A DNA stretch of 64,000 nucleotides from Prevotella sp. (GCA_031285625.1 JAITVV010000029.1:1-64000); one strand, 5' to 3'. Shown: positions 50,443 to 63,034, counted from the stretch's first letter. The notes: generated by a model not told the origin, from the sequence alone. Translations and numbers: made by a program.

Positions 50443-53364
50443 ATGGAATCTAGGAAAAATTATACAGGCCTGACGAACGCGCAGGTAAAAGCAAGTAGGC
50501 AAAAACATGGAATGAATATTCTGACTCCGCCAAAGAAAGAGCCTCTTTGGAAGCTTTTTTTGAAGAAGTTTGAAGATCCGATAATCCGTATCTTGCTTAT
50601 TGCTGCGTTTTTGTCGCTGGGTATTTCCATTATACATAATGAATACATCGAGACTATCGGTATATTTTGTGCCATTCTTTTGGCGACAGGTGTATCGTTC
50701 TGGTTTGAGATGGATGCCAATAAAAAGTTTGATGTCCTTAATCAGGTGAATGATGAGGATATGGTAATGGTGATCCGTAACGGTAACGTAGGACAGGTTG
50801 CCAAGAAAGATATTGTTGTAGGGGATATCGTATTGTTAGAAATAGGTAATGAGGTGCCTGCTGATGGTGAATTAGTTGAGGCTGTATCTATGCAGATCGA
50901 TGAATCTTGCCTGACGGGGGAGCTTAGTATTGACAAAACAATTGATCCCGAGCATTTTGAAGAAGGGGTGACATATCCGTCCAACTGGGTTTTGCGTGGA
51001 ACAAAAGTAATCAATGGACACGGAGTTTTTGAAGTTCACAGGGTAGGAGATGCTACAGAGTTTGGCAAAGTTGCGGTAAAAGCTACAGAGAAGGTAGAAG
51101 GAGAAACTCCTTTAAATCGTCAGTTGGATTCGCTTGCTAAGTTTATTGGTGTAATCGGTTTGATACTTGCTATTCTGACTTTCTCAGTATTGGTTATTAA
51201 AGATGTAGTTCTTGACCCATATGTGCCTATCCAAAAAAGACAACTGGCGCTACTGGGTGCTGCCATGCTTGGGGTAGCGGTTGCTATGATCAAAGTCTGG
51301 TTACCTATTATATATGATGGACTGGAGTTATTAGGTAAAAATGCCAGGTTGCCGAAGTCTGTCAAAGAAGGCGGATGGTTAAGGTGGCTGATAACAGGTG
51401 CGTTGACAACTGTGATTATTGCTTCTGTTGGTTATCTTTTTGGTGTAGATCCTCTGGATAGTAGTTCATGGATAAATTTGGATACCGCTACAGAGATATT
51501 GCAGGCTTTTATGGTAGCTGTAACATTGGTAGTTGTTGCTGTTCCTGAAGGATTGCCAATGAGCGTGACATTGAGCTTAGCCTTAAGTATGCGCCGTATG
51601 CTGAAGATGAATAATCTGGTGCGTAAAATGCATGCTGTGGAGACAATGGGTGCTACTACTGTTATTTGTACGGACAAAACAGGGACGCTGACTCAGAACC
51701 AAATGCAGGTTGCCAGTACAAACTTTTATGGACTGGATAATCAACGCCTGACCGATAGCGAGATCAGCAGGCTGGTAATAGGAAATATATCGGTCAATTC
51801 AACTGCATTTCTTGATTTCTCAAATCCCGGAAAAACGGCAGCATTGGGAAATCCAACAGAAGGGGCATTATTACTTTGGCTGAACAAGACAAAAATACTA
51901 TATAGCAATATACGGAATAAAGAAAGAGTGATCGATCAGTTGCCGTTTTCTACCGAACGTAAGTTTATGGCAACCTTTGTAGAATCTCCTAAGCTGAAAC
52001 GGAAAGTGTTGTATGTAAAAGGTGCTCCTGAAGTTGTTCTTGGTAAATGTAAGACTGTGGCTACAGCTGAAGGAGAAGTGCCTGTTGCTGAGTACAAACA
52101 AATGATTGATGAGCAGCTTTTGCAATATCAGAATCAAGCGATGCGTACCCTCGGGTTTGCATATTTGTATATTGATGGAAACTCGGAAAAAGCTCTGGAA
52201 GAATTAATAAATGGCGATCTTATATTTCTTGGAATTGCAGGTATTTCCGATCCTGTTCGTCCGGATGTTCCGGGCGCAGTAGAACAATGTCTGAATGCCG
52301 GAATTGGTGTGAAGATAGTAACCGGTGATACCTATGGTACAGCTAAAGAGATAGGGCGGCAAATAGGAATTTGGAATGATGAAGAGGATACTGACCGGAA
52401 TATTATTGCAGGAATCGATTTTGAAGCACTATCAGATGGCGAAGCTTTTGACAGGGTAAGAGATTTGAAGATAATGTGCCGTGCGCGTCCGACTGATAAA
52501 CAACGCCTTGTCCATTTGTTAAAAAAGAATGGAGAAATTGTTGCTGTTACAGGCGATGGTACTAACGACGCTCCGGCTCTTAACTATGCCGATGTAGGTT
52601 TGTCGATGGGTTCAGGTACCTCGGTTGCAAAAGAGGCCAGTGATATCACTTTGCTAGACGATTCATTTAGCAGTATTGCTACAGCTGTGATGTGGGGCAG
52701 GTCGCTGTATGAGAATATCCAGCGTTTCATGCTTTTCCAGTTAACCATCAATGTGGCAGCATTATTGATTGTATTCCTTGGCTCTGTGTTTGGACAAGAA
52801 TTACCATTGACAGTTACACAAATGTTATGGGTAAACCTTATAATGGATACATTTGCCGCAGGGGCTTTAGCTTCTTTGCCGCCTGATCCGAATGTGATGA
52901 ACAATAAGCCAAGAAAGAACAGTGACTTTATTGTAACATCATCGATTGCAAGACATATTCTTATTACCGGGGTTATATTTGTCATTTTCCTTCTGGGTAT
53001 GATGTATTACTTTGCAAATCCGGATCATTTGAATTCTTTCTTTAGTTATATAGCCGAAGGTGAAAGAGAGCGTTATTTCTTATCATATTTCTTCACAGTA
53101 TTTGTATTACTCCAGTTCTGGAATATGTTTAATGCTAAGGCTTATGGTACAGGTAAATCTGCTTTTGCCGGATTGAGTAAGAGTGCCGGTTTTGAGATTG
53201 TTGCATTGATTATTCTTATAGGGCAAGTGTTAATCGTTACTTTTGGTGGTGATGTATTCCGTACTGCACCACTCACAATACAAGACTGGGGTATTATTAT
53301 AGGAGGTACATCCTTTGTATTGTGGATAGGAGAGATAGTGAGACTGATAAAAAGAAGAAGGTGA
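50443..53364 (+). CDS. Calcium-translocating P-type ATPase (PMCA-like)
   Basis: VPEGLP, DKTGTLT, KGAPE, TGD, GDGTNDAPAL, LWVNLIMD; TAACTTTG at 50371-50378. Confidence 0.93.
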   Translation: MESRKNYTGLTNAQVKASRQKHGMNILTPPKKEPLWKLFLKKFEDPIIRILLIAAFLSLGISIIHNEYIETIGIFCAILLATGVSFWFEMDANKKFDVLNQVNDEDMVMVIRNGNVGQVAKKDIVVGDIVLLEIGNEVPADGELVEAVSMQIDESCLTGELSIDKTIDPEHFEEGVTYPSNWVLRGTKVINGHGVFEVHRVGDATEFGKVAVKATEKVEGETPLNRQLDSLAKFIGVIGLILAILTFSVLVIKDVVLDPYVPIQKRQLALLGAAMLGVAVAMIKVWLPIIYDGLELLGKNARLPKSVKEGGWLRWLITGALTTVIIASVGYLFGVDPLDSSSWINLDTATEILQAFMVAVTLVVVAVPEGLPMSVTLSLALSMRRMLKMNNLVRKMHAVETMGATTVICTDKTGTLTQNQMQVASTNFYGLDNQRLTDSEISRLVIGNISVNSTAFLDFSNPGKTAALGNPTEGALLLWLNKTKILYSNIRNKERVIDQLPFSTERKFMATFVESPKLKRKVLYVKGAPEVVLGKCKTVATAEGEVPVAEYKQMIDEQLLQYQNQAMRTLGFAYLYIDGNSEKALEELINGDLIFLGIAGISDPVRPDVPGAVEQCLNAGIGVKIVTGDTYGTAKEIGRQIGIWNDEEDTDRNIIAGIDFEALSDGEAFDRVRDLKIMCRARPTDKQRLVHLLKKNGEIVAVTGDGTNDAPALNYADVGLSMGSGTSVAKEASDITLLDDSFSSIATAVMWGRSLYENIQRFMLFQLTINVAALLIVFLGSVFGQELPLTVTQMLWVNLIMDTFAAGALASLPPDPNVMNNKPRKNSDFIVTSSIARHILITGVIFVIFLLGMMYYFANPDHLNSFFSYIAEGERERYFLSYFFTVFVLLQFWNMFNAKAYGTGKSAFAGLSKSAGFEIVALIILIGQVLIVTFGGDVFRTAPLTIQDWGIIIGGTSFVLWIGEIVRLIKRRR

Positions 53365-53372
53365 TGATTAAT

Positions 53373-53398
53373 AAAGGGGCTACAAAGGTAGCCCTTTT
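53373..53398 (+). terminator. Intrinsic terminator
   Basis: AAAGGGGCTAC/GTAGCCCTTTT. Confidence 0.7.
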
Positions 53399-53490
53399 GA
53401 AACCTATGTTAAAAAAATATTACTTTCTATACCTTTTTCTTTATTTATACCTTTTGGTTCGCTAAAAATTCGTATATTTGCGCGCAATAA

Positions 53491-54987
<1,497 letters not shown>

Positions 54988-55005
54988 GATTTAATATAAC
55001 ATTAT

Positions 55006-55041
55006 AATAAGTGCGGCTACCTGTAGGTAGCCGCACTTATT
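55006..55041. terminator. Bidirectional terminator between convergent genes
   Basis: Perfect 17-bp inverted repeat AATAAGTGCGGCTACCT/AGGTAGCCGCACTTATT. Confidence 0.8.
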
Positions 55042-55057
55042 TATTGGAATTGTAAGA

Positions 55058-58000
55058 TTACTCTATCAGTATTTTACGGGTTACTTTTTCGCCTTTATAT
55101 GTCAGTTCAACTATATATATGCCTTTATTCAAATTACGCATAGATATGGTTCCTGTCTTATTTTTCTCCATAGCTATCAGCCTTCCGCTTATATCCCATA
55201 GACAAACAGTATCGAGCATAATATCGGTGGTAATTTCAATAGAATTGTTATCTGAAATAATGGTGTACTGTGAGGCATCGTTCTCTTTCCCATCTTTCAG
55301 GCTAGGATAGGTATAATTAACAACAAAAGTATGATTGTTCAGATCTAATGTTACAGTGTAATCATTCTTTTCTGCTATAATGAACCTGTAATCACCCTTA
55401 TAGTCATTTGTAATCTGGTGTGTAGTCCCGATTTTTATTGCTTCATTTTTAGCAGGTACTGGAACTAAAGAATTCCATGTATTTAAGCGTGTGATAAACT
55501 TAATGTGCCCGGCTTTAAGGGTTCCCTTCCATTGATATATACGGTCTTGCAATTTACTTAATGGCATAGCTGCATTGTTGTGCCAGCCTGTTGGCGTGGC
55601 ATCACCGATAATATAAATATCGGCATCACTATCATCTTTGTCTACAAACATTATATTCTCATTCAGATCTACGCGAATGGTATAGTTACCTGCATCAAGC
55701 AAAACGAAACGATAATCTCCTTGATAATTATCTGAGACATAATGCTTGTACTCAGGTATTATAGTCTCATGTGCTTTTTTGGCTGGTACAATTGAATTCC
55801 ATGTGCCTAACTGAGTTATAAATTTGAAATGTCCTGCTTTTAGATATCCGCTCCATGTAAATACTCCTGTTGATTCTTTTACCATTGGCGTGGCTTTAGT
55901 ATTATACCAGCCGTTTGGAGTTGCATCTCCAACCAGATATAGTGGGATGTTTTCTTTATTCTCGATGACTTTTACTGTCCAGTTTTTGGTATCAACAAAT
56001 ACGGAGCAGTTCATGTCTTTTACTATATTGAATTTATAATCTCCACTAATTGCATTTGTGATATTTACATCATAAATGCTTCCGGATTCTATGTTTTTTG
56101 TTGCAATCGGGTTAACAGATGGATCCCATGTATTTTTTCGAAGTAAAAATTTCATCTCTCCCTTTTTTAAGAAACCTGTCCAAACGAATATTCCATTTTC
56201 TTGTTTGGTCATTACTTCCGGATTTATATTGGTCCATCCGCATGGGGCTGCACTTCCTACCATATACAGATCTGAGCAATCCATATCTTTTGCCGATCCT
56301 GTCAGTGGCTCGGATTTATTGGTTTTATGATCAAGATTGTTTGGATAGAATGAATCAATCGCTGAAACTTTTATCAAGTAGTCAGAATAAACTCCTTTTA
56401 GGTTTTTAATAGTTAAGGATAATGTCTTTGGGGTTGCACTGCCAAAGAAGAACTGCGAAAAAACATTCACTTTCTGCTCTCTTGCCCCATTTTTGTTCAT
56501 CAGTTCTACTAAATAGTGATGTACCAAGTCGTCGTCTTTTGCCTGAGGAAAGGTGACCTTGAAAGAATTATTTTGTATTTCATCTATTATAAGTTTGTCT
56601 GTAGATGCAAAATAAGGAACTTCTCCACCATTTCTATTACTTGTGTAAGTAAATGTAGATCCGTCATGAGGAGCTTTTATTGTCCAGGGTTTCTTTATTG
56701 GTTCATTCCTTGTAAAGTTGATTCTGTTTACAATTACGTCTTTCTTATCATTTACCGAAACGATACATCCCTCCGCAATATTTAATGATTCGCTGAAGTG
56801 ACGGTCACTATTAGTTGGTAATAAACCATCTTCGATATTAGTAGCGGCTAGATTGCCATCATGTACGGATGTGAAGTATTTCTGATATATGCATCTTTCG
56901 TCTCCCAATGGATAATGAGAGTGTCCTGAGAATAAAACTATTTGGGGATATTTTTTACAAATTTCCTTCATCGCTTCCGTATTATTTGCCCGGCTCTCTG
57001 TTCCCGGTTCAATCCTATAAGATCCATAAACTGTATGCGTGAGAGGGACATGCATAAATACGAAGATCGGCTTACCCGGATATTCTTTGCTGGCTTTTTC
57101 TAATGCCGCTTTTAGAAAGTTTTTGGATGTTGATTGATAAATATATATTTGATTATTTGCTTCGGAGCCATCAAGACTGACCGTAATAAACGGATAACCT
57201 TTTATATCAATAAATTGATTGAGTCTTTGTCCCATTACTCCTTTAAATACGCTGCCGTTACCTTCCCACCAGTCGTGATTTCCCATCATGAAATAAACAT
57301 TGGTTTCAGGGCTAAGGGGAGAAAAAGCACTCAATGCATTTTGTAACTGATCTTTTCGCCCGTTATCAGCTACATCCCCTACAACAAAAACTGCATCCAA
57401 CTGTTTTTCTTTAAGCACTTCCACTGCATTTGGCAGTCTGTTTGTCCAACCGGTTCTTCCTACATGGATATCGGACATAACAGCAAAACGCGGATATTCA
57501 TTCACTTCAGGCAGTGTAATACCAAGTTCGTGCTGTACTTTCTGTTGGAATTCATTAATGGCTTCCTCTGTCGTGTTTAATGAGTTCATCAAATCCCAGC
57601 CTTCCACCTTATAAGGCATCGCTAACTCCTTGTTAGGATATTCATTTAGTGTTTTAGTTAGTATGGTATTTAATCTGTCAACATTTGAGAGGGCTTTTCG
57701 TCTAGAGATTTGTATATACAAATTCTCTATATCTGAGGCAGAAAGGGCAGTGCTGTACATTCTTACCACTGCGATTTCACCTGTAAACTCTCGCTGTATA
57801 GCATTACTGCCACTAACATCACCACCTATTGCAAGCCATTGACTGGAGACTGTTGGCGATAATCTCAACTTCCCGACGTTAGAAAGGTTATCGATATTTA
57901 CTCCGTCATAATATGCTTTCAGGTTATTTCCATCATAAGTATAAATAATATGATGATAGTCTGATTTTATATCTCCATATATATTTTTGCTTCCAATGCT

Positions 58001-58435
58001 ATAATAATCACCGGAGCTTTTTCCAAATAGAAATTGGGTCGCTCCTTTTTCTAATTGTTGAATTCCGAATCCTCCGGATTCCATGGAAGATACAGGACTC
58101 ATTTTTCTGTTGTTGTCAGCTTTGATGTAAACTTCGATAGTGAATGCATTCTGAATTTTATTCTTAAAATCAGCATCATTCATATAATCCACCCTGAAAT
58201 AGTTATTTGTAGTTGTATTTTGCGGAAACTTGCTAACATATTGTTTTATTTCGACATTATATACAACTGAGGGAATTGTACTTCCGTTCCTGATCGGATT
58301 TTGCTTTGGTGAATTATCTTTTACATCTCCTGTTGCAGAAGAGAATTTGATGTCTAAGAGATCTGCTTGAGGATAGTTCTGGGCTCTTGAAAATAGGGTA
58401 AATGTTAACAATAATAGAAAGATTACTTTCTTCAT
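55058..58435 (-). CDS. Secreted multidomain metallophosphoesterase: LamG-like, calcineurin-like, Fn3-like, three SusE/F-like repeats, T9SS-type C-terminal domain
   Basis: SDIH, GDVAD, GNHD, FMHVP, FSGHSH; three LYxVGxAxPxGW repeats; WDISGR...LNKGIYIV...TRKILIE; start moved to MKKVIF. Confidence 0.8.
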   Translation of the reverse strand: MKKVIFLLLLTFTLFSRAQNYPQADLLDIKFSSATGDVKDNSPKQNPIRNGSTIPSVVYNVEIKQYVSKFPQNTTTNNYFRVDYMNDADFKNKIQNAFTIEVYIKADNNRKMSPVSSMESGGFGIQQLEKGATQFLFGKSSGDYYSIGSKNIYGDIKSDYHHIIYTYDGNNLKAYYDGVNIDNLSNVGKLRLSPTVSSQWLAIGGDVSGSNAIQREFTGEIAVVRMYSTALSASDIENLYIQISRRKALSNVDRLNTILTKTLNEYPNKELAMPYKVEGWDLMNSLNTTEEAINEFQQKVQHELGITLPEVNEYPRFAVMSDIHVGRTGWTNRLPNAVEVLKEKQLDAVFVVGDVADNGRKDQLQNALSAFSPLSPETNVYFMMGNHDWWEGNGSVFKGVMGQRLNQFIDIKGYPFITVSLDGSEANNQIYIYQSTSKNFLKAALEKASKEYPGKPIFVFMHVPLTHTVYGSYRIEPGTESRANNTEAMKEICKKYPQIVLFSGHSHYPLGDERCIYQKYFTSVHDGNLAATNIEDGLLPTNSDRHFSESLNIAEGCIVSVNDKKDVIVNRINFTRNEPIKKPWTIKAPHDGSTFTYTSNRNGGEVPYFASTDKLIIDEIQNNSFKVTFPQAKDDDLVHHYLVELMNKNGAREQKVNVFSQFFFGSATPKTLSLTIKNLKGVYSDYLIKVSAIDSFYPNNLDHKTNKSEPLTGSAKDMDCSDLYMVGSAAPCGWTNINPEVMTKQENGIFVWTGFLKKGEMKFLLRKNTWDPSVNPIATKNIESGSIYDVNITNAISGDYKFNIVKDMNCSVFVDTKNWTVKVIENKENIPLYLVGDATPNGWYNTKATPMVKESTGVFTWSGYLKAGHFKFITQLGTWNSIVPAKKAHETIIPEYKHYVSDNYQGDYRFVLLDAGNYTIRVDLNENIMFVDKDDSDADIYIIGDATPTGWHNNAAMPLSKLQDRIYQWKGTLKAGHIKFITRLNTWNSLVPVPAKNEAIKIGTTHQITNDYKGDYRFIIAEKNDYTVTLDLNNHTFVVNYTYPSLKDGKENDASQYTIISDNNSIEITTDIMLDTVCLWDISGRLIAMEKNKTGTISMRNLNKGIYIVELTYKGEKVTRKILIE

Positions 58436-58628
58436 AAGATTGTAGTTTAGGTTAGTAAAGCTGGTTGTTTGTATAGAGTGGTGTAAAGATATTAAAATTA
58501 AGATTGTTAATGATTGTTTCGTTAAAGAAATAAAAATACCCATAGCCTTTTATTTTAGAATATTTTAAAACATTATAAGCTTATATTTCTTGTATCTTTG
58601 CCTTTTGTACAGTTTATCAACTTGATAT

Positions 58629-60656
58629 ATGAATAAAAAACTATTTACACTACTTATCACATTACTTACTACATTTTGTATGTATGCACAACAGGCGGCA
58701 GATCCTGTTGCAATAAAAATTAATGGAAAACCTGTTTTACGATCAGAGTTGGAAAAAGCTTATATTAAAAGCAATCAGCTAAGAGCAGACCATAATAAAG
58801 AATCCTTATCTGACTTTGTACAGTCATACATTGATTTCAAAATGAATGTTGAGGAAGCTAAGGCGCAGAACTTGGATACTACAGGTAATTATGTAAGAGA
58901 TTTATCTACAGCCAGAGTTGAGATGGCTCGTAAATATATGCAGGATACTTTATATGAAAATACATATATACAAAAGATATATAATCGTTTGCTTGAGAAT
59001 GTGGAAATAAATCACATTCTCCTCCCTTTGGAAGGAGATCTCGTATATCCTGCCGACACGGTAGCATTATATAATAAAGCGATGGAATTGCGTGCTAAGC
59101 TTTTGAAAAATGGCTTTGAGGGTGAGGGCTATGATAAAACATTGCAGACGTCCATTATGATGGATAATAATAAACGAAATGGTTATATTGGTTGGACTGT
59201 TCCTTTTATGTTTGCATCGAAAGTAGAAGATGTAATATATACTCTCCCGATAAATGAGATTAGCCAGCCAATAAGAACCGTTCATGGGTACCATATTGTA
59301 CAGGTTCTGGGAAAACGCCCTGCAGTTGGTTCTGTGGAAATTGAACAGGTTCTGTTTAATTTCTCGAAGATACCTGCCAGTCAGCATCAAATAGACAGTG
59401 TAGGTAAAGTAGCCTGGCGGGAATATAAAAATATCCATTCTTCCTCTGATTTTAATTCCTTATGTGAAGAGTTTTCTCGGGTGATGGAAACAAAGGAGAA
59501 AGGTTGTTATCTGGGATTTATAGGCCTCGATTCTCCCTTATCCCCCTCTTTTGTGAATACAGCTTTTGATCTGAAGAAGGACGGAGATGTAAGTGAACCT
59601 GTCCGGTCCGATTATGGATATCATATAATGCGCTTGTTACAGAAGGCACCTGTTCCGGCTTATGGCGATATTAAAAATGCTCTGCGAAAAAGAATAGAAA
59701 AGAGTGATAAATTAGAAAGTATGATATCTGAAAAGCATCGGAATATGGCTGCGGATCTTAAATTGTATATAAATAAAGATGCATATTCCAAATTAAATGA
59801 CATTACTAACAAAGTCTCGCCTAAAGATTCAGCATTTTTTAATATGGTAAGCAATAAAAATGATATATTGTTCACATTCAATAATATCGAGACTTACACT
59901 GTAAATAATTTTATTGAATATATCCGTTATACTCAAAGGTTGATAAATGCAAGCAGATCGGGCGATGCTCCAGATATGTTTATCTATACTGATCTAATCA
60001 AGCATACTCTGTCTACCGATATTCTGAGAGAGTATTTTAATGACTATCTATCACGTAATATGACAAACTATTATTATGCCACCTTATCAGACAGGTTTGT
60101 TGAGTATAAGGAGCAATTGAATAGTATTTCGGATGAGCTGTTATTATTTATAGTCAAGAATAAAAATATATGGGATCGTTCTGTTACTGATGAAAAAGGA
60201 TTATCTGATTACTTCAACAAGAACAAATCAAAATATAGCCTCGATGGTACAAAATACAAAGGGCTGATCATACATACAAAAAAGGAAGGTATCCTAAAAG
60301 AGATCGAGTCACTTGCTGCAAAAGAAAAGAAAAGAGATTCCCTTATTGAAAAAATTAGAAATAGTTTTAATAAAGATTCGGTGCAGGTTCTTATGGAACC
60401 CGGATTATGGATCAAAGGTCAGAATCAGTATGTGGATAATAAAATATTTGGAGTAGCAAAAGAAGTAACATCTCCCAAAGGCTATCAGTTTTTCTCTGTT
60501 GTAGGAGATTTTATTTCATCTCCTCAGGATTATACAGATGTGCGTTCCTCTGTAGAATTAGATTATCAGGATGCTTTGGAGAAAGAATGGCGAATATATC
60601 TGAGGAATAAATATAGAGTAGAAACAGATGAATCTGTATTGAAGACAATAAAATGA
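58629..60656 (+). CDS. Peptidyl-prolyl cis-trans isomerase (parvulin/SurA-like)
   Basis: Two rotamase-like domains (SQPIRTVHGYHIVQV, SEPVRSDYGYHIMRL); TATCTTTG at 58593-58600. Confidence 0.85.
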   Translation: MNKKLFTLLITLLTTFCMYAQQAADPVAIKINGKPVLRSELEKAYIKSNQLRADHNKESLSDFVQSYIDFKMNVEEAKAQNLDTTGNYVRDLSTARVEMARKYMQDTLYENTYIQKIYNRLLENVEINHILLPLEGDLVYPADTVALYNKAMELRAKLLKNGFEGEGYDKTLQTSIMMDNNKRNGYIGWTVPFMFASKVEDVIYTLPINEISQPIRTVHGYHIVQVLGKRPAVGSVEIEQVLFNFSKIPASQHQIDSVGKVAWREYKNIHSSSDFNSLCEEFSRVMETKEKGCYLGFIGLDSPLSPSFVNTAFDLKKDGDVSEPVRSDYGYHIMRLLQKAPVPAYGDIKNALRKRIEKSDKLESMISEKHRNMAADLKLYINKDAYSKLNDITNKVSPKDSAFFNMVSNKNDILFTFNNIETYTVNNFIEYIRYTQRLINASRSGDAPDMFIYTDLIKHTLSTDILREYFNDYLSRNMTNYYYATLSDRFVEYKEQLNSISDELLLFIVKNKNIWDRSVTDEKGLSDYFNKNKSKYSLDGTKYKGLIIHTKKEGILKEIESLAAKEKKRDSLIEKIRNSFNKDSVQVLMEPGLWIKGQNQYVDNKIFGVAKEVTSPKGYQFFSVVGDFISSPQDYTDVRSSVELDYQDALEKEWRIYLRNKYRVETDESVLKTIK

Positions 60657-61516
60657 AAAATAGGATTTACATTATATTTCTGCTGGCCTTTGCTTTTTTG
60701 CTATCGTGCAGTAAAGGGGGGACTGGTGATGTGCAACAAGAACAGGTACCTATAGTAACAGTGAGGGATAAGACATTATATAAAAGTGAACTTAATAATG
60801 TTATACCTCAAACCCTTTCTTCGGAAGATAGTATTGCTGCTGTGCAAACATATGTCAAGATGTGGATTAATGATCAGCTGATGTATGACAAAGCGCAGAA
60901 GAATATTGTAAATAAGGAAGATATTGAGCGGCTGGTTGCGGACTATAGAAAGTCGTTGATAACCAATTTATATCAGGAGCAATTATTGAAAGTACAATTG
61001 TCAAAATCGTTCTCTGATAAAGAATTAGAGTCTTTCTATGAGTCTAATAAAGATAAGTTCAAACTAAAGGAAAATATAATTAAAGGTCTTTATCTGAAAG
61101 TCCCTGTAGATTCGAAGGAGTTGAATAATTTCCTAAAATGGTATAAGCAATCTACCGATGCTGCAGTAGAGAATATTGAAAAAAACACATTGCAGAATGC
61201 TGTTGGATATGAATATTTTTATAACAAGTGGGTAGCCCTGAATGATATAGCTGACAACATGCCTTTGTCTATTAACAATGGGGATGAATTTCTTCGTACA
61301 AATAAGAATGTAGAAGTTCGCGACTCTTCCTTTGTTTATCTATTAAATATAAAAGAATATAAAACAATAGGGAGTGAAGCCCCATTTGAATATATAAAGA
61401 ATCAACTTATTGAGGTATATACTGAACAGCGAAAATCTGATTATTTGAAAAAAGTTCAGCAGGACCTCTATGATAAGGCTGTTTCGGATGAAGAAATTAA
61501 GTTTTATGACAAATAG
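60653..61516 (+). CDS. PPIase-cluster lipoprotein (EpsD/SurA N-terminal-like)
   Basis: Lipobox LLSC, overlaps the upstream stop (ATGA), position between PPIase and SurA genes. Confidence 0.75.
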   Translation: MKNRIYIIFLLAFAFLLSCSKGGTGDVQQEQVPIVTVRDKTLYKSELNNVIPQTLSSEDSIAAVQTYVKMWINDQLMYDKAQKNIVNKEDIERLVADYRKSLITNLYQEQLLKVQLSKSFSDKELESFYESNKDKFKLKENIIKGLYLKVPVDSKELNNFLKWYKQSTDAAVENIEKNTLQNAVGYEYFYNKWVALNDIADNMPLSINNGDEFLRTNKNVEVRDSSFVYLLNIKEYKTIGSEAPFEYIKNQLIEVYTEQRKSDYLKKVQQDLYDKAVSDEEIKFYDK

Positions 61517-61596
61517 ACTATAACTTCTTTTTTTACGTTAAGAAAAAGTGATACATTATCACTATATTTACGCCACTTTTTAATAAACAGACAAAA

Positions 61597-62988
61597 ATGA
61601 TGCAAAAAGCCAGAAAACTGATTTTATTACTAATACTATTAGGTTCGGGTATTATGAGCTACGCTCAAAATAATGTAATAGATGAAATAATATGGGTAGT
61701 GGGCGATGAGGCTATCCTGAAATCGGATGTGGAAAAAGTACGTTTGGGTATGCTATCCAGAGGAGAGCGTATCGAGGGGGATCCATATTGCCTGATACCG
61801 GAGCAGCTTGCCGTACAGAAATTATTTCTTGATCAGGCCAAAATCGATAGTATAGATGTACCTGCTTCTGTTGTTAACAGTGGTTTGTCCAGATATGAAA
61901 ATAATGTAATAGCCAATCTGGGTTCGAAGGAAAAAGCAGAGGAATATCTTGGTGCTACAATGAATCAGTTGAGGGAAGAATGGCGTGAACAGATTCGCAG
62001 CGATTATTTAGTTACTGAAGTAAAGAAAACTCTGGTAGGTAAAAAGTCCAATTTAACGCCTTCAGAGGTTAGACGCTATTATGCTCAGTTACCAAAAGAT
62101 AGTTTGCCATATATTCCAACAACAGTAGAAGTACAGATTATTACAAATGAGCCTGTAGTTCCATTAAAGGAAATAGATCAGGTGAAAGATCGTTTAAGGG
62201 ATTATACCAACAGGGTAAATTCCGGTTCTGCCGATTTCTCAACTCTGGCCATTATGTATTCTGAAGATCCCGGTTCTGCTGCCAATGGGGGAGAGCTAGG
62301 TTTCACAGGGCGCGCTTTGCTTGCACCTGAGTTTGCCAGTGTTGCATTCTCTTTATCAGATCCGAAAAAAGTATCTAATATAGTGGAAACTGAATATGGG
62401 TTCCATATCATCCAGTTGATAGAACGTAGAGGAGACCGCGCTAATTTCCGCCATATATTGATCCGTCCTAAGGTATCACCTGAAGAAATGTCAAAAGCAA
62501 CTCATCGTCTCGATTCAATTGCAAGTGATATAAGGGCTAATAAATTTACATTTGAGGATGCTACTGTATTATCTTTTGATAAAGATACACGTAAGAATAA
62601 CGGATTGATGGTAAACCGTAAAGAAAGTGTAAACTATGGTACTCCCCGTTTTACGATGGAAGAACTACCTACAGAAGTGGGTAAAGTTGTAAATACAATG
62701 AAAGTCGGGGATATCTCTCCATCCTTTACAATGAAACTGGCTAATGGTAAAGATGTGGTTGCCATTGTAAAATTGAAAACAAGGACAGAAGGACACGTAG
62801 CCAATGTTTCGGACGATTATCAGGCACTTAAAGAAATCGTTGAAAATAAAAAGCATGAAGAAGTGCTGAAAAAATGGCTTCAGACTAAAATAAAAGATAC
62901 TTATGTAAGAATCGACAAGGATTGGGAAAACTGTGACTTTCAATATCCGGATTGGGTGAAGAAAAGCCAGGCTGTAAGCAATAAATAA
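61597..62988 (+). CDS. surA: SurA-like periplasmic chaperone/PPIase
   Basis: IDEIIWVVGDEAIL, SEDPGSAANGGELG, VETEYGFHIIQL, RHILIRP. Confidence 0.85.
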   Translation: MMQKARKLILLLILLGSGIMSYAQNNVIDEIIWVVGDEAILKSDVEKVRLGMLSRGERIEGDPYCLIPEQLAVQKLFLDQAKIDSIDVPASVVNSGLSRYENNVIANLGSKEKAEEYLGATMNQLREEWREQIRSDYLVTEVKKTLVGKKSNLTPSEVRRYYAQLPKDSLPYIPTTVEVQIITNEPVVPLKEIDQVKDRLRDYTNRVNSGSADFSTLAIMYSEDPGSAANGGELGFTGRALLAPEFASVAFSLSDPKKVSNIVETEYGFHIIQLIERRGDRANFRHILIRPKVSPEEMSKATHRLDSIASDIRANKFTFEDATVLSFDKDTRKNNGLMVNRKESVNYGTPRFTMEELPTEVGKVVNTMKVGDISPSFTMKLANGKDVVAIVKLKTRTEGHVANVSDDYQALKEIVENKKHEEVLKKWLQTKIKDTYVRIDKDWENCDFQYPDWVKKSQAVSNK

Positions 62989-63034
62989 TCGAAAGTACTT
63001 ACAAAATAAAATAGGTCTGTGACCTGCCAATTGC

